Assembly (NCBI GenBank): GCA_024239055.1
Contig: JANBVJ010000001.1
Coordinates: 129,277-193,276 of the forward strand
Origin: Patescibacteria group bacterium
GTDB lineage: Bacteria; Patescibacteriota; Minisyncoccia; Minisyncoccales; UBA10102
Direction of reading: 5' to 3'
DNA length: 64,000 nt
Shown here one piece after another: positions 44,200-53,454 of this stretch (position 1 is the stretch's first letter; each line of letters opens with the position of its first letter). A model generated the notes under the pieces. That model was given only the letters and a program-made list of their open reading frames with translations. It had not been told where the DNA came from and made no database searches. A program made the position numbers and the translations under genes.

Positions 44200-46144
44200 T
44201 AATATCTATTTGGTAGACTTTCTTATTATTAAGAATGAAGATGGTCTGACCGTCTTTGGAAACAGCAAAGTCTTCTATGGCATTTAATTCAGGAGACATG
44301 TACTGTCTGACTACATCTCCAAATTTTGTAAGTATAACTACTCTATTCTCTTTTTTATCCAGAATATATAAGTGAGGAAGGTCTGCTTTTGTATAAAGCT
44401 TCTCTATACTTGTTAAAAAGGGAAAAAGCGCTGGGTTTAAGGTTTCGCGATACGTACCCTTAAAGTAACGCTGAAGTTCAGCCAAACCCGATACAATCCA
44501 TACATTTCCATCGACAGCAATGGCATTCCCACCCTCATATGGGGTGGGTTTTTGTTTTGTTTGCGAACTCAACCACAGGATTCCTACCGCTGGAGCCCTG
44601 GAAGATGAAAGAGGGGAGGTATATTTAATAATCTCATGGGATGAAATGTCATATGTATACAAACTTCCTTCAAAACTCTCAAAGAGTTCAAAATGCGTAT
44701 CAGATGAAGAAAACTGGAGCTGTCGTTCACCCCATTGGTTGTTTTCATAGAAAAGAATAAGATTGGGTTCTGCAAAAAAAGTTGGAGTTCCTTCAACTAC
44801 GGTAGCAAACTTAAGATTACGAGATGCACTAGTTTCCTTTAACTCTTGTGTACTTGTGTTGTATGTAATGACTAAAGAGCTAAATGGGTTTGAGAAATAT
44901 AATACTCCTTTGGCAAGTATCATATGTTTAGGACTTGAGTTTAATGTAAGTATAAGTTCTGGATCCTCAATAAATTCAATATTGTTTAATGGAGCTAGTT
45001 CTCTTTCCAAGTTCTGCTTGAACTGCGCAATCTTAAGTCCCATTGCGTTTCCCAGTGTTGTATATGGTTCAACCAGCTGCCAAGCTTCCTGCATAAGAGC
45101 ATTTGCTCTGGCACCCTGTTCTTTGTTAAGAGCCCGAGTGGCCTCTACTTGAAGAGCTTCAGCCCGTTTTAAACTAGAACTTGCCTGGCGTAGTTCTGAG
45201 CTTTGTTCTTCTTTAAAGAGAAAGAAGCCCGCAATTAAAATAAGAATAAATAGAGAAGCAAATATTGCTGTTCTTTTTGGTATAGGTAGGGTAAAGGAAG
45301 GAAGTTTTGAATTAAAAACATTTGGAAGGGACACTTGCGGCTTTTGTATTTGTGGAATTCTAAAAGATGATGGAAGTGAGATTTGAGGAAGTTTCTTTGG
45401 CACGAGAGTTTTCTTTTCTTGTTTTACTGCAACTATAAGTTCTTCCACTAATAGAACAAATAAAATACCTGAAACACCTGTTAATTCTTTTTTCTTTGTC
45501 TCAAATAAAGCCTTGAGCTGTCCCTCTTCTGTTGCAAATACAAGGTCTGAGAGGAGTTTTTGTTTTGAGAGAGCGTCATATAGTTCTTTTGTAATGATAA
45601 ATACTTTATCTCCGGGAGTAACTTCTCCTGCAATAATGCTACTAAACTGCTTTAACCTTACTGCATCCTTCTCAGACTTCTCTATATTCTCTCCAATATT
45701 AGTAAACTTGCCTCGTCTTGCCAGTAACATGACAACAGAACCTGTTTTGGAAACATTAAGTATCTGATTATCTGCAGCTCTTGGAATAATAGTACATATG
45801 GCTACATTGAGATTACCCAACCAATCTACATTACCTTTATTAATTTCGGCAGACAGAAACTCATTTACTTTTTGAAGAGTTCCTTTAAAGATAATCTCAG
45901 CTGTTTCCTTTTTCTTTCCTTTTGCTATTTGAGCTAAAGAGCGAGAAGAGTAGTACTGAGTTTTTACAATACTCGAAATGCGCTGAATGAGCCGTGCATT
46001 CTTTGGAATGGCATTAACTAATTCCCCAACAACGTACATATTCCCAAGCTGCTGTTCTCTCTGGGTTGCTGGTTCATAAAATATGCTTTTGAACAAGCGG
46101 TTACTTTTAGACTTTGGATTGAAGTGAAACTCAAATATTTTCAT
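44180..46144 (-). CDS. hypothetical 654-aa protein: N-terminal globular domain, one TM helix, C-terminal repeat/beta-rich ectodomain
   Basis: The long ORF opens at 46216 (GTG). I prefer ATG 46144 (MKIFEFHF..) because TATAAT lies 6 nt upstream. TM helix: [18 protein letters not shown]. It overlaps the rplL end convergently by 20 nt. Confidence 0.7.
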   Translation of the reverse strand: MKIFEFHFNPKSKSNRLFKSIFYEPATQREQQLGNMYVVGELVNAIPKNARLIQRISSIVKTQYYSSRSLAQIAKGKKKETAEIIFKGTLQKVNEFLSAEINKGNVDWLGNLNVAICTIIPRAADNQILNVSKTGSVVMLLARRGKFTNIGENIEKSEKDAVRLKQFSSIIAGEVTPGDKVFIITKELYDALSKQKLLSDLVFATEEGQLKALFETKKKELTGVSGILFVLLVEELIVAVKQEKKTLVPKKLPQISLPSSFRIPQIQKPQVSLPNVFNSKLPSFTLPIPKRTAIFASLFILILIAGFFLFKEEQSSELRQASSSLKRAEALQVEATRALNKEQGARANALMQEAWQLVEPYTTLGNAMGLKIAQFKQNLERELAPLNNIEFIEDPELILTLNSSPKHMILAKGVLYFSNPFSSLVITYNTSTQELKETSASRNLKFATVVEGTPTFFAEPNLILFYENNQWGERQLQFSSSDTHFELFESFEGSLYTYDISSHEIIKYTSPLSSSRAPAVGILWLSSQTKQKPTPYEGGNAIAVDGNVWIVSGLAELQRYFKGTYRETLNPALFPFLTSIEKLYTKADLPHLYILDKKENRVVILTKFGDVVRQYMSPELNAIEDFAVSKDGQTIFILNNKKVYQIDITTLVQQ

Positions 46145-46274
46145 TCCTCTATTATATTCTATATTTCCATATACTTCAAAATAAGAGGACACTAGTTCAA
46201 GTCCAGTTACGTCCACATTTTTCTATAGTATAATCAATGTAGCTACAGATACAGGAAAGGATCTAAACAGGATT

Positions 46275-46403
46275 ATGTTAGAAAAGATTTGCGGTCGGAT
46301 TCTATGCAAACTAGGGTGGCACGATCAACCGCTCGATTGGCGGGGATATGGAGATCTGTACTGCAATAGAAGAGCTTGCAGACACATAATGATAAAAGGT
46401 TAA
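46275..46403 (+). CDS. 42-aa Cys-rich mini-protein, below the ORF-track cutoff; higher-GC islet
   Basis: Own translation: MLEKICGRILCKLGWHDQPLDWRGYGDLYCNRRACRHIMIKG (CxxxxC ... CxxxxC). TATAAT at 46229-46234; a terminator follows immediately. Confidence 0.35.
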   Translation: MLEKICGRILCKLGWHDQPLDWRGYGDLYCNRRACRHIMIKG

Positions 46404-46440
46404 CACCGTACCTTCAAACAAACGGTGTTTTTCTTTATTT
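46402..46440 (+). terminator. intrinsic terminator after the mini-ORF
   Basis: AACACCGT..ACGGTGTT stem followed by TTTCTTTATTTT. Confidence 0.6.
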
Positions 46441-46496
46441 TATTATTTTCAACTGTAATATAGGTACATATTTGTGTTGTATGGTACAATAACGCA

Positions 46497-46880
46497 ATGA
46501 GACAACCTATAATTTTGCTGTACATTCAGTGGCATTTTCTAGAAGCTCCAATAACTGTTCTTAAGGCGGTTAAGAACGTTCTTCTTTTTAACTTGGAATA
46601 CTTTTCTGTACTCTTATTATTTAAGACCTTATTTGCTCCTTGGAAACGGTACCAATGGGCGCACAAGGGAAGTTTTGACATTAAAAAGACTATCGAGGCC
46701 TTAGTTTCCAACCTCATATCTCGCAGTCTGGGGGCCTTGATACGTGGGTTTATCATTGTAGCAGGACTTATAAGTGAGATCATCTTATTTGGAGCGGGTA
46801 TTCTTGTATTTATATTTTGGATAACCCTCCCTCTGCTTATTATTTTAGCTTTGTTTTATGGCATACAACTTCTTATTTGA
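46497..46880 (+). CDS. hypothetical 127-aa membrane protein upstream of and overlapping the AAA+ gene
   Basis: An extended -10 TGgTACAAT (46485-46490) lies 6 nt before the ATG. Hydrophobic helices occur at both ends. It overlaps the next gene by 23 nt. Confidence 0.65.
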   Translation: MRQPIILLYIQWHFLEAPITVLKAVKNVLLFNLEYFSVLLLFKTLFAPWKRYQWAHKGSFDIKKTIEALVSNLISRSLGALIRGFIIVAGLISEIILFGAGILVFIFWITLPLLIILALFYGIQLLI

Positions 46881-49386
46881 TATTACAAAATCTCCAAAGC
46901 TTCAGGCAGTACGCTTTGAGAGAATATTCAATAGGCGGTTTTTAAAATTGAAGGTTCTAGGATTAAAGTGGGCATTGTGGACTTTACTTCCATTATTTGT
47001 CGTTGGATTTCTTACTAATATTATTTCAGAGAAAGCGCTATCTCTTATTCTTGCTTTTACACTACTTTCTTTTGCTGGATACTTTGTTGCACTTATTCTT
47101 CAGAGATTTGGGGAACGACTTTCGAGCATTCAAGGAAAAGAGTCTGAAAATATAGCTGAACTTCTAAGTTTTGAAGCGACAAGAGCAGTGTTGAAAGCTG
47201 AAAAGTTAGCTGGGGAGGAAAAACTGAACTCTTCTCATTTACTATATACTGTACTCAGAGAGGCTGTGCCATCTTTTGTCTTTCAAAAGGCGCTTCTGGA
47301 CATTAAAGCATTTAGAGAAGAGGTAGGGGAGGAAATGAAAAAAGAAAGCAAAGTAAATGTTATTGCGGAGAATACACACACAGAAGATTTTAAAAACACA
47401 ATTCTTCGTGCAGTAGAGATAGCAAAGACTGATAATAGACAAGAGGTTTTACTGGGAGACATCTTTATTGCTCTATCTTCTGAAAACATTGTCTTTCAGC
47501 GCATGCTTATTCAGGCAAATCTTACTTCCAAAGACATGCAACACATAGTCGATTGGTATAGAAGGCTAGAAAAGAGATACAAAAAAAACAGAGATACCTG
47601 GAACCCAGTAAATCTTAGAAGAATGGGTTCTCTTGGGAGAGCGTGGGCCGCAGGGCATACCATAACTTTGGATCAATTCTCTACAGATCTAACGAAAGAG
47701 GTACGGACACAGCGCTTCCCTCAGATTGTCGGGCATAAGGAAGAGGTTAGTTTAATAGAACGAACCCTATCTCGACAAGAAATGAATAATGTTCTTTTAG
47801 TTGGTGAGCCGGGATCTGGAAGAAGAAGTATCATTATGGACTTTGTCTCCAGATCTGCCTTGGGAGAAAGTTTGGCGAATCTAAATTATAAAAAGGTTGT
47901 AGAGTTGGATCTTCCTGGTTTACTCTCTCAACTTGATACTCCTTCAGAAATTGAATCTGTATTAGATCGAATCTTTGCGGAAGCAAGAAGGGCTGGAAAT
48001 ATTGTTCTCGTTATAGACGAGTTCCATAACTTTGTGGGCGGAAGTGAATTGCAGAGACCCGGTACCATAGACATTACCGGACTCATATCAAAATATCTCA
48101 AATCTCCTGAATTTCAGGTTATTGCCATTACCTCATTCACAGGACTGCACCGCTATATTGAACAGAACCCTGCGTTATTACAAACATTAGAGAAAGTAGA
48201 GGTTTCTGAAATATCCCAAGAAGAAACTTTAGAGCTTTTGGAAAACCTTATACCTTCCCTTGAACACAGATACCGGCGCGCTGTGGCATATCCTGCCCTC
48301 AAAGCCATTATTGAGCTTTCAGGAAAGTATATTCAGGCTATACCCATGCCAAAAAAGGCCTTAGATCTGTTAGACGAAGCTATGGTGTATCTTTCTGAAA
48401 CTAAAGAAAAGATACTTTTGAAAAAACATATTGAGGAGATTATATCTCACAAAACTCAGATTCCAGTAGGAGAAGTTAAAGAACAAGAAAGAGAAAAACT
48501 ACTGAATCTTGAGGATTTGATTCATAAACGTTTAATAAACCAAGATGAGGCAGTAAAAGAAGTTGCCTCTTCCTTGCGTCGTGCCCGAGCTGAGATATCT
48601 TCTCGAAAAGGTCCAATGGGAAGTTTCTTGTTCTTGGGGCCTACTGGAGTAGGAAAGACCGAGACCGCAAAGGCATTAACCTCTATTTACTTTGGTTCGG
48701 AATCGCGCATGATACGATTAGATATGTCAGAGTTTCAAAATGTATCTGATATCCCGCGTCTATTGGGGACAGCCAAGGAACCCGGACTCTTTACAACACA
48801 AGTCAGGGAGAATCCATTTTCCCTTATTTTGTTAGACGAACTTGAGAAAGCACATCCTAATATATTAAACTTGTTTCTTCAGATATTAGATGAGGGACAC
48901 ATTACAGATGGCATGGGAAGAAAAATATCTTTTGAGAATTCTATCATAATTGCTACCTCAAACGCAGGATATATGATTATCTTGAAAGCCCTAAAAAGTA
49001 AACAACCATTATCTGAGGTAAAAGAAAAATTACTTAATACTTTATTTGAGGAGGCAACCTTTCGCCCTGAGTTTATCAACCGCTTTGACGCAGTTGTGCT
49101 CTTTCAATCTCTTACAAAAGAGCACCTTTTATCTATCTCGCAACTCATGCTTAATAAGTTAGTAAAGAATCTGGACAAGCAAGGTATTGAGTTTGTTATT
49201 ACAGAAGCTTTAAAGGCAAAGATTGTAGAGCTTGGATATAATCCAACTTATGGCGCTCGAAATATGCAAAGAACAATACAAGACAAGATAGAGAACGTAT
49301 TGGCTTCCTCACTTTTAGGAGGAAAGATAAAAAGAGGGGATAGAGTGAGTTTAGATGCTCAAACCTTTGAGATTACGAAACACTAA
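46858..49386 (+). CDS. membrane-anchored two-ring Clp/Hsp100 AAA+ ATPase (ClpC/ClpB-like)
   Basis: Two N-terminal TM helices, then Clp_N-like repeats. D1 has Walker A GEPGSGRRS (Lys replaced by Arg) and Walker B VLVIDEFH. D2 is canonical, with GPTGVGKTE and LLDELEKAH. Confidence 0.85.
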   Translation: MAYNFLFDITKSPKLQAVRFERIFNRRFLKLKVLGLKWALWTLLPLFVVGFLTNIISEKALSLILAFTLLSFAGYFVALILQRFGERLSSIQGKESENIAELLSFEATRAVLKAEKLAGEEKLNSSHLLYTVLREAVPSFVFQKALLDIKAFREEVGEEMKKESKVNVIAENTHTEDFKNTILRAVEIAKTDNRQEVLLGDIFIALSSENIVFQRMLIQANLTSKDMQHIVDWYRRLEKRYKKNRDTWNPVNLRRMGSLGRAWAAGHTITLDQFSTDLTKEVRTQRFPQIVGHKEEVSLIERTLSRQEMNNVLLVGEPGSGRRSIIMDFVSRSALGESLANLNYKKVVELDLPGLLSQLDTPSEIESVLDRIFAEARRAGNIVLVIDEFHNFVGGSELQRPGTIDITGLISKYLKSPEFQVIAITSFTGLHRYIEQNPALLQTLEKVEVSEISQEETLELLENLIPSLEHRYRRAVAYPALKAIIELSGKYIQAIPMPKKALDLLDEAMVYLSETKEKILLKKHIEEIISHKTQIPVGEVKEQEREKLLNLEDLIHKRLINQDEAVKEVASSLRRARAEISSRKGPMGSFLFLGPTGVGKTETAKALTSIYFGSESRMIRLDMSEFQNVSDIPRLLGTAKEPGLFTTQVRENPFSLILLDELEKAHPNILNLFLQILDEGHITDGMGRKISFENSIIIATSNAGYMIILKALKSKQPLSEVKEKLLNTLFEEATFRPEFINRFDAVVLFQSLTKEHLLSISQLMLNKLVKNLDKQGIEFVITEALKAKIVELGYNPTYGARNMQRTIQDKIENVLASSLLGGKIKRGDRVSLDAQTFEITKH

Positions 49387-49414
49387 TATATAAGTAGTAA
49401 ATACTCTCTTTACT

Positions 49415-49705
49415 AAAAAATCTACGAGCTTATGCCGTAGGGTTTGTTGGAGTGGGCCACAGAGAAATGTTTCCGCTGTGGCCCACAACTTTCAGCTGAT
49501 GCAGATGCCTTATCCGACCCGCTCGTTTGGTTGTGGCTTAAACCTGTCTTCGCGCACCCGGGGAGAACCCTAAGTATGCGAAACAACAACCCTCGTTGGC
49601 GGTCTTACTCTCATGCATTAAGCCAATCTGCACTAGAGTTCCACAAGTGCCATCGATCCGATTTCACCTACAGCGCCATTGCGACTTCTGACATCAGCTT
49701 CTAAC
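49415..49705 (-). ncRNA. rnpB: structured about 280-nt RNA, probably a minimal RNase P RNA (class A-like)
   Basis: Minus-strand promoter TTGACA (49738-49733), 15 nt, TATAAT (49717-49712). The 5' end GAAGCUGAUGUCAGAAGUCGC resembles E. coli M1 GAAGCUGACCAGACAGUCGC. GAGAGUAAGACCGCC resembles GAGAGCAAACCGCC; GGGUGCGCGAAGA resembles GGGUGCGGUAAGA; ACAAACCCUACGGCAUAAGCU resembles ACAGAACCCGGCUUAUCGG. It ends with a hairpin plus a U6 terminator. GC is far above the flanks. Confidence 0.55.
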
Positions 49706-49773
49706 CTCAATATTATACGGTTAACGATATTTTGTCAATAAACTAAGAAATATACCTACTCTTTATTGGTACT

Positions 49774-49921
49774 GTGGAAAACGTGTGGAAAAACATATAG
49801 CTTTAGCTTTATTTTAAGTGTGTACATTTGTGGTTGACTGAGGTGTATAGGTGGGATATAGTGGATAGCAAATGGGGATATGTGGATGAAAGTGGGGAAA
49901 ACTAAGCTCAACTGTGGATAA
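49774..49921 (+). promoter_or_regulatory. array of nine helically phased (G/A)TGG(G/A) boxes (candidate MraZ operator) spanning the mraZ promoter and 5' UTR
   Basis: Boxes start at 49774, 49785, 49830, 49851, 49861, 49872, 49882, 49892 and 49914 (spacings 11, 45, 21, 10, 11, 10, 10, 22). The promoter TTGACT (49834-49839), 17 nt, TATAGT (49857-49862) is embedded in the array. Confidence 0.55.
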
Positions 49922-49927
49922 CTACTT

Positions 49928-50359
49928 ATGTTCATCGGAGAATACACATACTCAATAGACGCAAAAAAACGATTAGCATTACCTCCAAAGTTCAGAAAGA
50001 GCCTTGGAGAACAAGCTGTTATTACAAGGGGTTTGGATCAATGTTTGTTCCTTTATTCAATGAAAGAGTGGGAAAAGCTGGCTCAGAAATTGAGTGAGCT
50101 ACCCTTATCTCAAGCTGACGCAAGGGGATTTGGAAGGTTAATGTTGGCTGGAGCTATGGATGTAAATATTGATAACTTAGGGCGCATCTTAATGCCAGAT
50201 TATTTAAAGAATTACGCTACCTTAAAAAAGAAAGTTATTGTGGCAGGTTTGTATAATCGAATAGAAATATGGGATGAGGCTAAGTGGAATACATACAAAG
50301 AAAAGACTGAGAAAGATGTGGGGGATATAGCAGAAAGATTAAAGGAACTGGGGATATAA
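49928..50359 (+). CDS. mraZ: transcriptional regulator MraZ
   Basis: MFIGEYTYSIDAKKRLALPPKFR.. and the second SpoVT/AbrB-like half GRILMPDYL. Confidence 0.94.
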   Translation: MFIGEYTYSIDAKKRLALPPKFRKSLGEQAVITRGLDQCLFLYSMKEWEKLAQKLSELPLSQADARGFGRLMLAGAMDVNIDNLGRILMPDYLKNYATLKKKVIVAGLYNRIEIWDEAKWNTYKEKTEKDVGDIAERLKELGI

Positions 50360-50363
50360 GGAT

Positions 50364-51236
50364 ATGCATGTTCCAGTATTAACAAAAGAACTCATAGAGC
50401 TACTGGAACCAAGAGCCAGTCAGAATTTTATTGATTGTACAGTAGGTTCTGGCGGACATACAAAAGCCATCTTGGAGAAAACAGCACCACGAGGAAAAGT
50501 ATTGGCGATTGATCAGGATATAGAAAGTATAAAGATAGCAAAAAAAACATTACGAAATAGTCATAGCAGAGTCACATTCATACAGGGAAACTTTGCAGAT
50601 CTTTCAGAAATAGCGAGGAAAGAAAAATTTCGGAAGGTGAAGGGTATCATCTTTGATCTCGGCTACTCCTCAGATCAGCTACAAGAAGGAGGTAAGGGAT
50701 TATCCTTTCAAAAAACAGAACCCCTGGATATGAGATATGACGCACAAATCCAGAAGACAGCTGCAAAGATAATCAATTATGCAAGCAGACAGGAATTGGA
50801 GAGGATTCTCAAAGAATACGGAGAAGAGAAGTTTGCCAGACAAATTGCAGAAACAATTGTTCAAAAAAGAAGAGATAAACAAATAAACACAACAACAGAA
50901 CTTGTAAACATTATTGAAGAAGCGGTTCCAGGATTCTATAAGAGAGAAAAGATACATCCTGCCACCAGAACATTCCAAGCCCTAAGGATTGCTGTAAACA
51001 AAGAATTGGAGAATCTAAAGTTGGCACTACCCCAAGCTCTAGAGATTGTGGAACCCGGAGGAAGAATAGGTGTCATCTCATTTCACTCTTTAGAAGACAG
51101 AATAGTAAAGCGCTTCTTTCAAGGCACAGACAATATAGAGATTATTACGAAAAAACCAATTATTCCAAGTGAGAAAGAAATAAGTGAAAATCCAAGATCA
51201 AGATCAGCTAAACTGCGAATTGCAGAAAAACAATGA
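50364..51236 (+). CDS. rsmH: 16S rRNA (cytosine1402-N4)-methyltransferase
   Basis: HVPVL..DCTVGSGGH.., DLGYSSDQL, ISFHSLEDRIVK. Confidence 0.94.
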   Translation: MHVPVLTKELIELLEPRASQNFIDCTVGSGGHTKAILEKTAPRGKVLAIDQDIESIKIAKKTLRNSHSRVTFIQGNFADLSEIARKEKFRKVKGIIFDLGYSSDQLQEGGKGLSFQKTEPLDMRYDAQIQKTAAKIINYASRQELERILKEYGEEKFARQIAETIVQKRRDKQINTTTELVNIIEEAVPGFYKREKIHPATRTFQALRIAVNKELENLKLALPQALEIVEPGGRIGVISFHSLEDRIVKRFFQGTDNIEIITKKPIIPSEKEISENPRSRSAKLRIAEKQ

Positions 51237-51547
51237 ATATTCTTCTATCATTCTCATATCAACGTAAGTTAGTCTGGGTGGCATCTATCCTCTTAATAGT
51301 GCTTTTGCTCTCCTTATATATTGTTCAGGTAAACCTATTAACAGGTTCTGCCTTCAATATCTCCTCTTTAGAAGGTCAGCTAAAGGAGTTGCGTGAATCC
51401 AATAAGAGCTTGGAGAGGACATATATGGAGACCATTCAACTTCGTAACTTGGATGAATTGGCATCAGTTATGGGATTTGAAAAAATCGGCTATGTATCCT
51501 ATATTAAAGTAATAGATACTGCCGTTGCCCAGAACTTATCTGAATAA
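51233..51547 (+). CDS. ftsL: FtsL-like bitopic cell-division protein
   Basis: 104 aa, one TM helix then a coiled segment. It sits between rsmH and ftsI, with ATGA and TAATG overlaps. Confidence 0.5.
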   Translation: MNILLSFSYQRKLVWVASILLIVLLLSLYIVQVNLLTGSAFNISSLEGQLKELRESNKSLERTYMETIQLRNLDELASVMGFEKIGYVSYIKVIDTAVAQNLSE

Positions 51548-53238
51548 TGCAAAACTGGAGACTTAATCTTGTCTTTCTACTATTATTTCTTTTAGGGGCG
51601 GCCACCGTAGGCCGCTTGGTTTTTTTACAGATTATTGACCATGGATTTTACAAGGCCATGGCGCAAGGACAGCAAAACTTAAGTTCTTTTGTAAAAGGGG
51701 ATAGGGGAGACATATTTGTACAAGATAAAGATGGGAATCTATATACCATAGCGACAAATTATTCTATTCCTTTTATATTTATCTCCCCCCCTGAAATTGA
51801 GAACAGTGACGCAACAGCTGCAGGGATTGCCGAGGTACTGGATATATCAGAAGAGTTTATTGTAGAACGTATAGGAAGATCTAATAGTTTATTTGAGGTT
51901 CTTAAAAAGAATATCTCAGATAAAGAGCAGGCAGAGATTGAGGCTTTAGAACTGCCGGGTGTCTATGTAGGAAAAGAAACCACACGCCTATATCCTCAAA
52001 AAGAATTTGCCTCGCACGTTATAGGCTTTACCAATCAAGATGATATTGGCCAATATGGTATTGAGGAATACTATAACGACGTTCTTGAAGGAGAAGAGGG
52101 ATTAGAAATCTCTGCAACCAGTGTAGGAGGATATCTATTTTCAGATAAGAAAACTCCTAAAGCCGGAGCTGACGTCATATTAACCTTAGATTATAATATC
52201 CAGGTTCAAGCAGAGAAAATACTTAAAGATACAGCCCGAGCTTTAAAGGTAAAAGAGGGAAGTATTGTTGTACTTGACCCAAATACAGGAAAGATTTTGG
52301 CCTTGGCCAACATTCCTGCTTTTAATCCAAATTCCTATGGAAGTATAAAAGATCTGGATATCTTCCAGAACGCAACTCTTCAAAAGCTCTTTGAGCCCGG
52401 TTCCGTATTTAAACCTATTACCATGGCTTCAGCCATTGACGCGGGAAAGCTAACTCCAGACACTAGCTATATTGATAAAGGAAGTTTAACTATAGGGATA
52501 TATACCATAAAGAACTACAACGAACGCATATTCGGAGAAAGTACAATGTCAGAGGTTCTTCAGTTCTCCATTAACACAGGGGCTGTCTTTGCGGAAAGCG
52601 AATTAGGACATTCAGATTTTATAAAGTATATAGAACAATTTGGGCTATTTAAACCAACAAATATAGATCTAACAGGAGAGATTTATTCTCAGAACAAAGA
52701 GCTCAAAAAGGGATATGAGATAAACTATGCAACAGCTTCCTTTGGACAGGGTATTGAAATTACACCTATACAGTTACTGCGCGCTTTTGGAGGTATTGCA
52801 AATAATGGATTAATGCATACTCCTTATATTGTAGAAGATGTAAAAGATACAACAGGTATTCCTTTTGAAAGATTAGAAACACAATCTACTCGTGCTATTT
52901 CCAAAAGAACCTCTTCTCAAATTACCTCTATGTTGGTTTCTGTAACAGAGGATGGATTTGGAAAGGCAGCCAGGATACCAGGATATTACGTTGCTGGTAA
53001 AACAGGAACGGCTCAGATATCAAACTCTGCTCTGGGGATAGCCAAATCTGGATATTCTGACGAAACAGTCCAGTCATTTGTTGGATATATTCCTGCTTTC
53101 AATCCAAAATTCCTAGTCTTAGTAAAACTTCACAATCCTCAGACGAAGACCGCAGAATACTCTGCTGTCCCAGCCTTTAAGGAACTGGCGAGCTATATTA
53201 TTGATTATTACCAGATACCTCCAGATTACACGCCTTGA
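51547..53238 (+). CDS. ftsI: class B penicillin-binding protein (FtsI/PBP2-type transpeptidase)
   Basis: N-terminal TM and dimerisation domain; SVFK (SxxK), SIN (SxN) and KTGTA motifs. Confidence 0.9.
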   Translation: MQNWRLNLVFLLLFLLGAATVGRLVFLQIIDHGFYKAMAQGQQNLSSFVKGDRGDIFVQDKDGNLYTIATNYSIPFIFISPPEIENSDATAAGIAEVLDISEEFIVERIGRSNSLFEVLKKNISDKEQAEIEALELPGVYVGKETTRLYPQKEFASHVIGFTNQDDIGQYGIEEYYNDVLEGEEGLEISATSVGGYLFSDKKTPKAGADVILTLDYNIQVQAEKILKDTARALKVKEGSIVVLDPNTGKILALANIPAFNPNSYGSIKDLDIFQNATLQKLFEPGSVFKPITMASAIDAGKLTPDTSYIDKGSLTIGIYTIKNYNERIFGESTMSEVLQFSINTGAVFAESELGHSDFIKYIEQFGLFKPTNIDLTGEIYSQNKELKKGYEINYATASFGQGIEITPIQLLRAFGGIANNGLMHTPYIVEDVKDTTGIPFERLETQSTRAISKRTSSQITSMLVSVTEDGFGKAARIPGYYVAGKTGTAQISNSALGIAKSGYSDETVQSFVGYIPAFNPKFLVLVKLHNPQTKTAEYSAVPAFKELASYIIDYYQIPPDYTP

Positions 53239-53263
53239 GGAATGTCTTAAATTATGGTATAGT
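53235..53263 (+). promoter_or_regulatory. tRNA-Glu promoter
   Basis: TTGAGG (overlapping the ftsI stop), 17 nt, TATAGT with TGg upstream. Confidence 0.5.
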
Positions 53264-53273
53264 ATGCTCTATT

Positions 53274-53345
53274 GGCCCTATCGTCTAGTGGCTAGGACGC
53301 TGCCCTCTCACGGCAGAAACGGGAGTTCGACTCTCCCTAGGGTCA
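53274..53345 (+). tRNA. tRNA-Glu(CTC)
   Basis: Hand fold: GGCCCTA/TAGGGTC acceptor, anticodon loop CTCTCAC, T loop TTCGACT. Confidence 0.9.
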
Positions 53346-53352
53346 CAGATTG

Positions 53353-53381
53353 TTGACAAAGCATATAATATATGCTTTTAT
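53353..53381. promoter_or_regulatory. TTGACA followed by a perfect 19-bp palindrome AAGCATATA-A-TATATGCTT (operator/promoter, or a weak tRNA terminator)
   Basis: Read directly from the sequence: palindrome at 53359-53377, followed by TTTATTT. Confidence 0.5.
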
Positions 53382-53454
53382 TTGTTTAGCGATATATAAA
53401 AAATGAAACAGTTCATCGATTGGGTATCTGGCTATACTGAGAAGGAGAGAACTT

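Noticed and set aside
49444-49704. 86-aa plus-strand ORF in the ORF track
   Set aside because: It lies entirely inside the GC-rich structured RNA, which has its own minus-strand promoter and terminator. It has no SD or plausible promoter on the plus strand, and its peptide is rich in W, R, C and S. I read it as an artefact of the RNA gene.
49415-49705. Alternative identities for the structured RNA (tmRNA, 6S RNA, SRP RNA)
   Set aside because: It has no tRNA-like 3' end (no GGTTCGA..CCA-type T-arm or acceptor) and no tag reading frame. It has no SRP domain IV GGAA/AGCA motif. It cannot be folded into the long rod with a central bubble expected of 6S. Several blocks resemble RNase P instead, although CR-I is not recognisable.
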